Shown piece after piece: positions 19,315 through 29,237 of a stretch of 64,000 nucleotides of DNA. Numbering within the stretch: position 1 is the stretch's first letter; each line of letters begins with the position of its first letter. The DNA is from Candidatus Bathyarchaeota archaeon. Its GTDB lineage: Archaea > Thermoproteota > Bathyarchaeia > TCS64. The stretch is taken from the NCBI GenBank assembly GCA_043826455.1, contig JBDRQD010000046.1:1-64000 (forward strand), in the 5' to 3' direction. A program made the position numbers and the translations under genes. Below the pieces are notes generated by a model. The model saw nothing but the letters and a program-made list of their open reading frames with translations, did no database searches and was not told where the DNA came from.

Positions 19315-21185
19315 GTAGACAGGGCAGAGGCGGGCCCCAGGACGAGGGCGGCCAGCGGAGGCCGCCCATGGGACCCAGGCACGGCCCGGGCGGCATGGGG
19401 GCCATGGAGAAGGCTAAGAACCCACGGAACGCGTTGCTGAGGCTTCTGGACTACCTGAGGCCTTTCAGGCTGCACCTGGCCGCCATTGGCCTGCTCACTG
19501 TTGCGGGCACGGTCCTGGGCCTGGCGGGGCCCTACCTGATGGGGGTGGCCATAGACAGGTACATCATGGTGAGGGACCTAGAGGGGCTACTAGACATCTC
19601 TCTGCTTCTGGCGGGGACATACGTGGCCAGCGCCGCGGCGTCCATGGCGGCGGGCTGGATCGCGGCGGGCATCAGCCAGAGGAGCCTGATGCAGATGAGG
19701 AAGGAGCTCTTCGACCACATGCAGACCCTGAGCCTAGGCTACTTCGACAGGAACCCTGCGGGGGACCTGATGAGCAGGCTCACCAACGACATTGACGCCA
19801 TTAGCTCGGCTTTGACGCAGAACGTCACTAGCCTCATTTCAAATGGGATTACCATCGTGGGGGTCCTGGCGCTGATGCTGGTGCTGAACGTGAGGCTTAC
19901 CTTGGCCAGCCTCATAGTGTTTCCGCTGATGACGGTTTTCACGGCGGTGGTGGGTAAGAGGACCCGGGAGAGCTTCATGGGGCTCCAGGTGAACCTGGGG
20001 GCCATGAACAGCGTTATGCAGGAGACGGTGAGCGGCCAGCGGGTGGTCATAGCCTTCAACCAGCAGGCCACGGTGACGGCCAAGTTCTCCGAGGCTAACA
20101 GGAGGGTGAAGGAGATGGGGATAAAGGCCATGACCTACGCCATGCTGGTGCCCCCCATGATGGGCATCCTGAGCAACACAAACATCGCCATCGTGGCGGG
20201 TCTAGGAGGCTGGATGGCCCTCAGCGGGTTGGCTACGGTGGGCACCATCGCGGCCTTCATAGCCTATAGCCGCAGGTTCGCTGACCCCCTCCGGCAGATA
20301 GCCAACCTTTACAACAACATCATGTCAGCCCTGGCCGGCTCCGAGAGGATATTCGAGGTGCTGGACACCGATCCGGAGATCGTTGACGCGGAGGACGCCG
20401 CGGGCTTCGAGGACTTTGAGGGGGCTGTGGAGTTCAGGGACGTGGACTTCGGGTACGTTGAGGGCGTGCCCGTGCTGAGGCATGTGAGCCTCAGGGCTGA
20501 GCCTGGGCAGACAATAGCCCTAGTGGGGCCCACGGGGGCGGGTAAGACTACGATAGTTAACCTCCTCACCCGGTTCTACGATATCCAGGGGGGCAGCATC
20601 AGCATCGACGGCGTGGACGTCAGACACATCAGGAAGGATGACCTCCGGCGGCAGCTGGGCATAGTGCTGCAGGACGTGTTCCTGTTCAGCGGCTCGGTGA
20701 TGGATAACATCAGGTACGGGCGCCTGGACGCCACCGAGGAGGGGGTCATGGCCGCTGCGAGGCTGGCTAACGCGGATGGGTTCATCAGGCGCCTGCCCCG
20801 GGGGTACAGGACGGAGCTGAGTGAACGGGGCGGCAACCTTAGCCAGGGGCAGAGGCAGCTTCTGAGTATAGCGAGGGCGATCCTGGCTGACCCGGCTATC
20901 CTAGTGCTGGACGAGGCCACGAGCAGCGTGGATACGCGTACGGAGCGGCAGATACAGGAGGCGCTGCTGAACCTGATGAAGGGGCGGACCAGCTTCGTGA
21001 TAGCCCACAGGCTGAGCACCATCAGGAACGCTGACCTGGTGCTGGTCATCAACCGGGGTGAGATCATTGAGCGGGGGACCCACGATGAGCTGCTGGCGGC
21101 GCGGGGCTTCTACTACCACCTGTACATGAGCCAGTTCAAGGGCACCAACCACAGGCCGGAGCTGGCTGAAAAAACGGTGGGGTGA
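19311..21185 (+). CDS. ABC exporter, fused permease/ATPase (heterodimer subunit)
   Basis: GPTGAGKT, LSQGQ, LVLDE, IAHR. Confidence 0.95.
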   Translation: MSRQGRGGPQDEGGQRRPPMGPRHGPGGMGAMEKAKNPRNALLRLLDYLRPFRLHLAAIGLLTVAGTVLGLAGPYLMGVAIDRYIMVRDLEGLLDISLLLAGTYVASAAASMAAGWIAAGISQRSLMQMRKELFDHMQTLSLGYFDRNPAGDLMSRLTNDIDAISSALTQNVTSLISNGITIVGVLALMLVLNVRLTLASLIVFPLMTVFTAVVGKRTRESFMGLQVNLGAMNSVMQETVSGQRVVIAFNQQATVTAKFSEANRRVKEMGIKAMTYAMLVPPMMGILSNTNIAIVAGLGGWMALSGLATVGTIAAFIAYSRRFADPLRQIANLYNNIMSALAGSERIFEVLDTDPEIVDAEDAAGFEDFEGAVEFRDVDFGYVEGVPVLRHVSLRAEPGQTIALVGPTGAGKTTIVNLLTRFYDIQGGSISIDGVDVRHIRKDDLRRQLGIVLQDVFLFSGSVMDNIRYGRLDATEEGVMAAARLANADGFIRRLPRGYRTELSERGGNLSQGQRQLLSIARAILADPAILVLDEATSSVDTRTERQIQEALLNLMKGRTSFVIAHRLSTIRNADLVLVINRGEIIERGTHDELLAARGFYYHLYMSQFKGTNHRPELAEKTVG

Positions 21186-21194
21186 GGCCCGGCC

Positions 21195-21410
21195 TCACCC
21201 TTTGTAGTGTATGGGGTTGGGGGCTCCGCACCCTGGGCATGTCTTGTCGTCGAACTTGAGGCTTTGGCCGCACTTGCACCTGGTCCACAGCTGTTGGCCG
21301 CAGCCGGGGCAGTAGCGTTTGCCTGTGAGGGGGTGGGGCCCCGCGGCGAGGTCGCTTCTGATGCTGGCGCCGCAGTAGGGGCAGAGCCACTGGGTGATCG
21401 TGTGCTCCAT
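21195..21410 (-). CDS. Small multi-zinc-ribbon protein
   Basis: CPYC, CPGC, CKC, CPGC. Confidence 0.75.
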   Translation of the reverse strand: MEHTITQWLCPYCGASIRSDLAAGPHPLTGKRYCPGCGQQLWTRCKCGQSLKFDDKTCPGCGAPNPIHYKG

Positions 21411-21549
21411 GTTTGATGTTTGGTTGTGGGGGGAGATAAGGTTTGAGGGGGCTGGCCTTTCAGCTGTTTGAGGACCTTGTCTACCCCTCCGCCATTAACT
21501 GTATGCACTCGCATAATGGCATAAATACGAAAGCTAACTTGTTTTTGCT

Positions 21550-22911
21550 ATGATTGATCTAACCGATTTTCTCGGGATTATCCCTGATTGGACCAGGTAC
21601 TACACAGTTGACGAGCTCCATAAGAGGAGTACAGAGATCGCGGATAAGTACCCTGGTAAGGTGAAGTTAATGAATCTCGGTAAGTCGACACAGGGCGAGA
21701 CCATCGACTGCCTGAAGGTGGGCGATGGCAAGTACAACGCATTGATCCACGGCTTCCCGAACAGCGAGGAACCCTACGGTGGGAACCTCATCGACTACCT
21801 AGCCTGTAGGCTAGCCGAGGATGATGAGATCAGGGGGGAGCTCGACTACACCTGGTACTTGATCGGGTGTAGTGACCCAGATGGAGCGAGGCTAAACGAG
21901 GGATTCCAACTCGGCCCCCATACACCGATGAACTTCAGTCTGAACTACTATAGGACGCCGACCAACATGACTCCTGAGTGGTGCTTTCCCTTCAGATTTG
22001 GGCCACTGGACTTGAACAGCCCGGTTGCTGAGACTCGTGCATTGATGAACCTCATGGATAGGATAGATTTCCACTTCGTCAGCAGCCTCCACATGATGAA
22101 ATGGGGTGGAGTCACCTATCAGGTTCCCCATGCTTGCCCTGAGCTGTATGTTCACCTCTGGGAGTCAGCGAGGAGGTTCAACATCTTCCCAAGGAAGAGG
22201 CCGGGTACCACGATTGCTCCGGGAGTGAGTAAGGCATATTACCTGACCGTTGCGAGGGGTTACCTGCGTCAATGGGCTGAGGGGAACACGAACATTGAGC
22301 CCATTAAGGGGTGTTACATTTACGAGTATGGGCAGATGCGGAATCCCCACATGTTTATGATGATACCTGAGTGCACATTCTGGTACGACCCTAGGATGTG
22401 GGATGATACTCCTACGGATGAACCAGTCGGGGACTCCTTAAAGTACGCTCAAAGCGTTGTGACGGATGTGGAAAGCTTCATGCTTGGAGTCTGGAGAGAG
22501 GCGTTGCCCCGTCTGAGGGTGGCGTCCCCATTCAAGCTGATGATTGAGGAGATGATGGAGCCACTCATCAAGAAGTACACTAATGTCAGCAACCCGACGT
22601 TAAGGTTTGACGATAGCGTCCATAACCGTAAGGCTACGGTGGCTGAGAAGGTCGCTATTGAGGGACGCGAGGTCTCTTTCCGCATGACTCACTTGGGAGG
22701 GCTCATTAGGGTTCTGGACGCAGAGCTGGATCAGAGTGTAGATGGAGTGGTTGAGAAGCTACGGGATGAGGTAAATGGCAAATTAGGTGAATATGACAGA
22801 CTTCTCCATAAGAATTTCAAAGTGACTTTAAACCCGATTAAAAATAATGTAGGTATGGGGATAAGCTCCATATTGCACTCGGCGATTTACGCTAGGGGAA
22901 GACAACCCTAG
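21550..22911 (+). CDS. M14 zinc carboxypeptidase-like protein
   Basis: LGKSTQGE, DPDGARLNE, PVAETRAL, SSLH; lower GC than flanks. Confidence 0.8.
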   Translation: MIDLTDFLGIIPDWTRYYTVDELHKRSTEIADKYPGKVKLMNLGKSTQGETIDCLKVGDGKYNALIHGFPNSEEPYGGNLIDYLACRLAEDDEIRGELDYTWYLIGCSDPDGARLNEGFQLGPHTPMNFSLNYYRTPTNMTPEWCFPFRFGPLDLNSPVAETRALMNLMDRIDFHFVSSLHMMKWGGVTYQVPHACPELYVHLWESARRFNIFPRKRPGTTIAPGVSKAYYLTVARGYLRQWAEGNTNIEPIKGCYIYEYGQMRNPHMFMMIPECTFWYDPRMWDDTPTDEPVGDSLKYAQSVVTDVESFMLGVWREALPRLRVASPFKLMIEEMMEPLIKKYTNVSNPTLRFDDSVHNRKATVAEKVAIEGREVSFRMTHLGGLIRVLDAELDQSVDGVVEKLRDEVNGKLGEYDRLLHKNFKVTLNPIKNNVGMGISSILHSAIYARGRQP

Positions 22912-23016
22912 CCTTAACCATATTATTAGATCACAGGTATACACATCAAAATAGTATACGTATGAGCTTCATGTAACAAGGCATAGAATTATTTTACCTG
23001 ACTCCTGTATCAACCC

Positions 23017-23400
23017 ATGAAAGGCATTGAAGGCATGATCACCTTCACCTACCACGACAACATAGAGAAGGCCAGCGAATTCTACCGCGACGTCCTCGGC
23101 CTCCAACCCGTAATGAACCGGGACTGGGTAAAGATATACAAGGCCGGAGCAGACAGCCACATCGGCCTCGTGGACAGCGAACACGGCTACCTCAAACCCT
23201 CAAAGGACAAGCCCGTCATGCTCAGCATCATGGTGCAGGACATAGACGCATGGCACAGGAGGCTCACAGAGAAGGGCGTCAAGACCAACCACCCGCCCAA
23301 GGAAGCCGACGGCATCCACATGAGGGGCTTCCTCACCTGGGACCCCTCAGGCTACGTCATAGAGCTCCTGGAGTTCCTCACCAAGCCCTACGGCGAATAA
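23017..23400 (+). CDS. VOC/glyoxalase family protein
   Basis: ASEFYRDVLGL...DPSGYVIE. Confidence 0.88.
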   Translation: MKGIEGMITFTYHDNIEKASEFYRDVLGLQPVMNRDWVKIYKAGADSHIGLVDSEHGYLKPSKDKPVMLSIMVQDIDAWHRRLTEKGVKTNHPPKEADGIHMRGFLTWDPSGYVIELLEFLTKPYGE

Positions 23401-23524
23401 TGGAACACCGATCCATAACATTGTTAAAAGGGGGCCCGGACCAGCCACCGAGGACAGAAACCCCGCGCCACACTAGAGCGGCGAGACCACTCGTGGCTCG
23501 CCCCTAGGGCCGCGGGCCCCCTCC

Positions 23525-24937
23525 TCACCTTATCAGCACCAAACCGTCCGGGCCCGGCCTCCACCCCTCGGCACTCCTCCCCAGGGCCCAGTGGTAAGTG
23601 GGTCGGTAGAGGAACACCCAGGGGGCGTCATCTCTCACAGCCCTGAATATTCTCCGATAAATCCGCTGCCGGGCGCCGTCGTCGAAGGTCCTCTGAGCCT
23701 CCCCGGCCATGCGATCCACCTCCGGGCTACTGTACCCTTCCCACCAGGGGCCTTTGAAGGCTGAGTGTAGCTTCTCCCTGAGCACCCTGAAGGTGCTGCG
23801 GGGGCTGGAGTCGAAGCAGCACATGTCGCCGATCCGCTTATCCCGAACCATCTCAGCGTAGGCTGGCCGGTCCCCGTGGCATTTAACCTCCACCTCCACA
23901 CCCACTGCCCCGTACATCCTCTCCATGGCCGCAGCAAGCTGGAGTGCTTCATCGGGCATCGAGGTGGGCACATCCATCACAAGCCTCAGCCCGTCACCGT
24001 ACCCAGCCTCGGTCAGAAGCCTCCAAGCCCGGTCCGGTTCGAAGCCGTAGGGCGGCGTCTCAGGGTCATACCCATAGTGGTGAGCAGTGAGATAACCAGA
24101 TAGCTGGGTCGCCTCCCCCCGCTTCACCCGGCTGATGATCCCCGGCACATCCAGCGCGTAGTTCAACGCCTGCCTGACGCGGCCATCCACGCAGGGCCCC
24201 TTGAAACAGTTGAGCATGAAGATGATGCAGAGGCCGCTGTCCAGCTCGGCCACGGGGGCCCCCTCCGCCCCCGCCAGGCGTTTACCCTCGGCTCCAACCA
24301 TGCACGCTATGTCGGCCTCCCGATCTAAAACCATCTGGGCCCTCATAATGGGGTCAGGCTCTGCAAGCCACGTCAACGCCTCAACCTTAGGAGACCCGCC
24401 CCAGTACCCCCTGAAGGCCTCCAGAACAAGCTCGTCGCGGCCAGCCGACCCCACTAGGTAGGGACCGGTGCCCACGTACTCCCGGGGGAGCCGGTCCAGC
24501 TCATCCTCGGGGCCTATGGGCATCTCCGAGAGCAGGTCCAGGAGATCGGCCATGGGCTCACCTGTCCTGATCCTCACCACGTCCCGCGTGACGGCCTCGA
24601 ACTCGGCGTCACCTATGTAGCCGGCGTAGACGCCCTGGGTGCCGTAGGCGCCCCCGATGGACGGGTCGACGACGCGCCTCAGGGACGCCACGACGTCCGA
24701 AGCCTTGAGCTGATCTCCGCTGTGGAACCTCACGCCCTCCCGGAGCTGGAAGAGCCATGTCAGGCCGTCCTGCTCGACGCCCCAGCTCCTGGCCAGGCAG
24801 GGGCTGAAGCCCCCGGCCTTGTTCCGGGTGACCAGCGCCTCGTACACCGAGTACACTATGTTGTTCCTGGCGTTGCTGTCGCTGCAGATGTGGGGGTCAC
24901 CCGCCTGCACGCTGCTCTGAGCTACCGTGAACTCCAT
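23525..24937 (-). CDS. Family 5 (peptide/nickel) solute-binding protein, no evident signal peptide
   Basis: VYEALV, LARSW, LREGVRFHSG, GTGPY, VRQALNYA. Confidence 0.88.
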   Translation of the reverse strand: MEFTVAQSSVQAGDPHICSDSNARNNIVYSVYEALVTRNKAGGFSPCLARSWGVEQDGLTWLFQLREGVRFHSGDQLKASDVVASLRRVVDPSIGGAYGTQGVYAGYIGDAEFEAVTRDVVRIRTGEPMADLLDLLSEMPIGPEDELDRLPREYVGTGPYLVGSAGRDELVLEAFRGYWGGSPKVEALTWLAEPDPIMRAQMVLDREADIACMVGAEGKRLAGAEGAPVAELDSGLCIIFMLNCFKGPCVDGRVRQALNYALDVPGIISRVKRGEATQLSGYLTAHHYGYDPETPPYGFEPDRAWRLLTEAGYGDGLRLVMDVPTSMPDEALQLAAAMERMYGAVGVEVEVKCHGDRPAYAEMVRDKRIGDMCCFDSSPRSTFRVLREKLHSAFKGPWWEGYSSPEVDRMAGEAQRTFDDGARQRIYRRIFRAVRDDAPWVFLYRPTYHWALGRSAEGWRPGPDGLVLIR

Positions 24938-24969
24938 GGCACCATGAACCGCCCTCAAATATTTAACGC

Positions 24970-25575
24970 CTAGGCGAAGTCCTCCAGGTCGGCGGGCTCC
25001 TCCTCCGCGGCCACCTGCTCCAAGCTGCGCCCCGACACCATCGAGTTGGGCATCTCCTCCGCCACGTCCGAGCCTGGCCTAGCCTCACCGTCCTTCATCT
25101 TGAAGAACAGCCACCTGGGCCTGCCGCCCCCGCCGGTCCTGATGAGGGCGAAGCCCCCGCGGAGCTTCTCACCGTCCAGCCGTATGGTGGCGTGGCCCTC
25201 CTCCAGGCTCTCAGCGAAGCCCTTACCCTCCTTCATGTTGGCGAAGGTGCCCCGGTCCCAGACTATCACCGTTCCCGCCCCGTAGTGGCCCTCCGGGATT
25301 ACCCCCTCGAACCCCGCGTAGGCCATGGGGTGGTCCTCCGTGGGCACGGCCAGCCGCCTCACCTTGGGGTCCATGCTGGGCCCCTTGGGCACGGCCCAGC
25401 TCTTCAGGACGCCCCCCGACTCCAGCCGGAGGTCGTAGTGGAGGGTGCTGGCGGCGTGCTTCTGGACCACGAACATGGGTTTCTCGGCGCCCTCAGCCAC
25501 CTCACCGGCAGGCTCGGGGCTCTCGGAGAGGTCTCTCCTGTCCCTGTACTTCGCCAGAGGATCAGAATCGTTCAT
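24970..25575 (-). CDS. Stand-alone LigD 3'-phosphoesterase domain protein
   Basis: FVVQKH...HYDLRLE..LKSWAVPKGPS..TEDHP..FEG..YGAG. Confidence 0.92.
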   Translation of the reverse strand: MNDSDPLAKYRDRRDLSESPEPAGEVAEGAEKPMFVVQKHAASTLHYDLRLESGGVLKSWAVPKGPSMDPKVRRLAVPTEDHPMAYAGFEGVIPEGHYGAGTVIVWDRGTFANMKEGKGFAESLEEGHATIRLDGEKLRGGFALIRTGGGGRPRWLFFKMKDGEARPGSDVAEEMPNSMVSGRSLEQVAAEEEPADLEDFA

Positions 25576-25699
25576 ACAATAGTAATGGGTGCAGGATGCA
25601 ATAAAGAGGATACCGAGCAACGCTTTTCCCGTCGGCACCGGTCTCAGTTATTCCTGACGCCTCCGCGTGCTCGTAGAGACAAGCAGACCGTGAAAAAAC

Positions 25700-26190
25700 G
25701 AATGAGGCATTTCACTGAGGAAAAGCACAGAATATAAGATGGAATTTTTTTTCCGCCTTATCCCGGCTGGTACGGGATAGGCCACCTAACTAACGATACG
25801 CCCACCATGTCAGCACCGGAGCCCCAGACAGAGACAGGGGGGTAGAGCAGGTGAACCGTGAACGGCCGCCCCCGGCCAAAAGGAGCCCGGGAAACACGCC
25901 TTATCGATCCCATTCTATGCAAAAACGTCGTCCATTCCATATAAAAACCCGGCCCAAAAATCACATCAACCACTGCGCAATGGAGAGCCTGATGTGAAAA
26001 AACGTAGGGGGGTATCATATAATGGCGAATATTTTCAACAATACAAGAATTTTAGGGGCCTCATGAAGCCTATGGGCGGGCACATGTGAAAAAAGGTAGG
26101 GGGGTATCGATTTTAGGAAGAAAAAACCTCCTAAAATACGGGCTTCGGACCCTAACCCCACAATAATATGAAATGTGACCCAAATCCTCT
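25700..26190 (+). repeat. Dispersed element copy E3 (core B 25737-25760 plus hairpin; motif D at 25991-26016 and 26083-26108)
   Basis: Collinear with 55565-55945; also matches 37-130 and the reverse complement of 61000-61210. Confidence 0.88.
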
Positions 26191-26217
26191 AAAAATGAAA
26201 AAAGTTGGGTTGAGCTT

Positions 26218-27087
26218 CTAGCTCTGAGCCATCTTCTTGCCGACCCTGCTGGCCAGGCTCCTGGCCTGGGCGTTGGCCTTGGCCACCAGCAGCTCGATGG
26301 TGTCCGGTGTGGGCCACTCGGCCTCCACGGCCACCGCCCGGGCCTGCTGGAACGCCTTCGCCAGTATGGTGGGCGCCGTTACTGGGGTGACATACGCGGC
26401 CTCCACGGCCACCTTCAGCGCGTTGCCTATGGCGGCCTCCAGGTTCCTCCTGTAGGCGCCCAGGTCCAGGATCAGGGCGTCGCCGGGTATGATCTCACCC
26501 CGCTCGTACACAGCCTTGATCCGTAGACCCATCTCGGAGGCCCTGACGCCCATGCGCTGCAGCAGGTCAGCCAGGTCATCGTTTATAACCTGACCCTTCC
26601 TGACCACCACGGTGTCCTGGACTACCCAGATGCTGCCCGCCTCTATCCTGGTTCTGACGCTCAGGGCGCCGAACTTGCCGATGAGGGGGCCCGGGCTAAG
26701 CCCCGTGTTGCCCGCCGATATGGTTATTTCGTTGAGTGCTACGTCCCCGGCCTTGGCGAACACCTTGACCTTGTTGGACTCCAGCTCCATGGCCACCCTG
26801 AAGGGGTTGCCGTTGGTGAACAGGAACACGTTGGGCCCGGAGACCATCTCCATGAACCCGTCCCCGCCCTTCTTGCCGGCCTCCTCCATGCTGATCCTCA
26901 TGAGGGTGTTCTTCAGCACCTTGAACTCCAGGCGGCCCCTCAGCTGGCGCCTCATGTCCTGGAGCATGCCGCTGTTGACCTTGTTCAGGTCGGCGGCGGC
27001 TATGACGTCGTACCCCTTGAGAAGCTCGACAGTCTCCTGAACCGTCTCCGTTTTCTCCTGTGGAATGTGACTCGACATGGCATTCAC
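26218..27087 (-). CDS. rplP0: 50S ribosomal protein L10 (P0/uL10)
   Basis: KNTLM, TNGNPF, GNTGLSPGP. Confidence 0.96.
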   Translation of the reverse strand: MNAMSSHIPQEKTETVQETVELLKGYDVIAAADLNKVNSGMLQDMRRQLRGRLEFKVLKNTLMRISMEEAGKKGGDGFMEMVSGPNVFLFTNGNPFRVAMELESNKVKVFAKAGDVALNEITISAGNTGLSPGPLIGKFGALSVRTRIEAGSIWVVQDTVVVRKGQVINDDLADLLQRMGVRASEMGLRIKAVYERGEIIPGDALILDLGAYRRNLEAAIGNALKVAVEAAYVTPVTAPTILAKAFQQARAVAVEAEWPTPDTIELLVAKANAQARSLASRVGKKMAQS

Positions 27088-27732
27088 CTAGTAAACCTTC
27101 ACCGCGTCGCCCATAGTCAGCTTCAGGTAGATGCTGCGCACGTTGGCGAAGCCCCTCCTGGTGGCCTTGGTCACGTTCTGCACCACGGCCTCTATGTTCT
27201 GGGCGACCTCCTCGTCGCTCATGTCCTCCTTCCCCACTATGCAGTGGATGAAGGGCTTGTCCCTGCTCCTCAGGACCACGGTTCTGCGCTCGCGCTCGAG
27301 TATGCTGTCTATCGGTGCCTGGGGCGGCACAGGGGTGGGCATCTTGCCCCTGGGGCCCAGGATGGGTCCAGCAACGCGACCTACTGTAGGCATCATGGGT
27401 GCCTCCGCGACGAACGAGTCATAAGGTTGAAGGGCCTTCTTGGCTGCCTTCTTGTCCGTCGCAAGCTGATCAAGTTCAGCGGGCTCTACAACTGCATCCG
27501 CTCCTGCCCTCCTTGCTCTCAGCGCTAGGTCGCCCGAGGCGAACACCAGTACCTTGCGGGCGCCCACACCGTTGGGTAGGGTGAACCGCAGGTTAACTCT
27601 CTGGTCAGGCCTGTTCATGTCGAGCTCCCTTAGGTTGATGGCGAGGTCGAAGCTCTGCTGGAAGTTCCTTGCAGGGCTGGCCTCCCTCGCCTTCTCGATG
27701 GCTTCCGTTATCTTGTTCTTTGGGAGCGACAT
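27088..27732 (-). CDS. rpl1: 50S ribosomal protein L1
   Basis: RNFQQSFDL, LGPRGKMP, KLTMG. Confidence 0.97.
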   Translation of the reverse strand: MSLPKNKITEAIEKAREASPARNFQQSFDLAINLRELDMNRPDQRVNLRFTLPNGVGARKVLVFASGDLALRARRAGADAVVEPAELDQLATDKKAAKKALQPYDSFVAEAPMMPTVGRVAGPILGPRGKMPTPVPPQAPIDSILERERRTVVLRSRDKPFIHCIVGKEDMSDEEVAQNIEAVVQNVTKATRRGFANVRSIYLKLTMGDAVKVY

Positions 27733-27777
27733 TTTGAGTTCCTCTCAATCTCACCTTAGATACAATTTAAAGGTTGT

Positions 27778-28263
27778 TTATGCCTCCGCCAGCTTCTCGT
27801 CGAACTCCCCCGCCTTGATGGCCATCTGGACCTCCTTGGCGGGTCTCCCCTCGACGGTGACGCCGGCACTCTGGCACGTCCCCAGAACCTCTCGCACAGC
27901 GGTCTTGAGGCTGGCAGCGTATAGTCCCGCCCGCTTCTTCTTGGCTATGCTTATCAGCTGATCCATGGTTAGGTTGGCGACGTAGGCCGTGTTGGGTGTG
28001 CCACTGCCCTTCTCCAGGCCCGCAGCCTGGCTGATGAGGGCGAACGTGGTTAACATGCCCACCTTTACGGTGAACTTCTTGGTATCGGTGTCTATTACGA
28101 CGTCCACCGGCACCGGCAGCCCGTCGTACTCCTTTGTCTGGGCGTTGATCTCGTTGACGATGGCCATGATGTTGACGCCCATGGGCCCCAGGGCGGGGCC
28201 GATGGGCGGGCCGCCCGTGGCCTTGCCGCCGTTGACGATGAAGTTGAAGGATTTCTCGACCAT
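27778..28263 (-). CDS. rpl11: 50S ribosomal protein L11
   Basis: GGKATGGPPIGPALGP. Confidence 0.97.
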   Translation of the reverse strand: MVEKSFNFIVNGGKATGGPPIGPALGPMGVNIMAIVNEINAQTKEYDGLPVPVDVVIDTDTKKFTVKVGMLTTFALISQAAGLEKGSGTPNTAYVANLTMDQLISIAKKKRAGLYAASLKTAVREVLGTCQSAGVTVEGRPAKEVQMAIKAGEFDEKLAEA

Positions 28264-28730
28264 TAACTTTTCATTCCTTTTAGCTCTCTTACGTAGTCAG
28301 CGTGTACCGTGATAGGCAGAGTGAACGCGGCCTCCAGTATCTCGATGGTGACCTCCTCCTTGCCGACGTCAACACGTACGATCCGGGCCTGCATTCCCTT
28401 GAAGGGCCCCGCGATAACCTCCACGAGGGTCCCCTCCTCTAAGCCTTCGACCACTGGCTTGGTCTCGATGTAGTGGTCCACCTCCTCGGGGCTGATGGTG
28501 CCCTGCACCCTCTCCCGGGTGTGGCGCATCCCCCTGATGAGCTCGTCCACTATGTGGGGCCTCTCGGCCTCTATGATGATGTACCCCTTCAGCTCGGCGG
28601 GCGCCAGTATGGCAGCTATGGGCAGGCCCTCAACCTTCGCCTTGTCGGCGAGCATGAGGGAGACTGTCCTCTCCTGGCCGTTGGTCACCTTCACCGCGTA
28701 CAGGGACGTTCTCACCGCTTTTTCGGACAA
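28263..28730 (-). CDS. spt5: Transcription elongation factor Spt5 (NusG)
   Basis: YAVKVTNGQE, LKGYI, KOW VIAGPFKG. Confidence 0.96.
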   Translation of the reverse strand: MSEKAVRTSLYAVKVTNGQERTVSLMLADKAKVEGLPIAAILAPAELKGYIIIEAERPHIVDELIRGMRHTRERVQGTISPEEVDHYIETKPVVEGLEEGTLVEVIAGPFKGMQARIVRVDVGKEEVTIEILEAAFTLPITVHADYVRELKGMKS

Positions 28731-28849
28731 TTAGACCACTCACGATGCACCATCCTTGATGAGCCCCAAAGATATTAATATTGCTCAAAGCTTCCCCGGT
28801 GGATACAAATATTAAACACCTCAAGGATGATACGTTGACTGGTGAAAAC

Positions 28850-29023
28850 ATGGGCATCCACGCTTTACTCTCCCTTATACAGGAGCGCACCACCGACTTA
28901 TCGATCCTGTTCCTCGAGTTCGAGGAGATCTTCGCCATAGCCACAGGCTTCGTGCTCGTCCTCATGTACCTCTTCTACGTGAGGTACAGCTACGACAAAG
29001 AGGACACCCTGGATACGCCTTAG
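28850..29023 (+). CDS. Small single-TM hypothetical protein
   Basis: 57-codon ORF with one hydrophobic helix and host-like codon usage; preceded by ggtga. Confidence 0.5.
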   Translation: MGIHALLSLIQERTTDLSILFLEFEEIFAIATGFVLVLMYLFYVRYSYDKEDTLDTP

Positions 29024-29025
29024 GC

Positions 29026-29199
29026 TCAGAGCCCGCCCTGCAGGGTCACGGACAGCAGCCTTACGAGGAAGCCCACCGCCCCCAGAACGCCTATCCCCGC
29101 GAAGACTATCTTGATGCTCATCCAGTACGTCTTCCAGTCGGGCCTTGTCAGCGTCCTGAGGAGCCTGTCCGCGGACTGGAGGAACTCGTTAAACGGCAT
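29026..29199 (-). CDS. secE: Protein translocase SecE/Sec61-gamma
   Basis: RLLRTLTRPDWKTY..GIGVLGAVGF; between ftsY and spt5. Confidence 0.88.
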   Translation of the reverse strand: MPFNEFLQSADRLLRTLTRPDWKTYWMSIKIVFAGIGVLGAVGFLVRLLSVTLQGGL

Positions 29200-29237
29200 A
29201 CCTGTCACCCTATCGATCAATGGTTCCTAGTTAAAGT

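Noticed and set aside
25991..26108. Two 26-nt direct repeats as a mini-CRISPR or canonical ORB
   Set aside because: Only two copies 92 nt apart and no cas genes; they lack the TCCA-N-TGGA ORB dyad and no orc1/cdc6 is nearby. Treated as element motif D.
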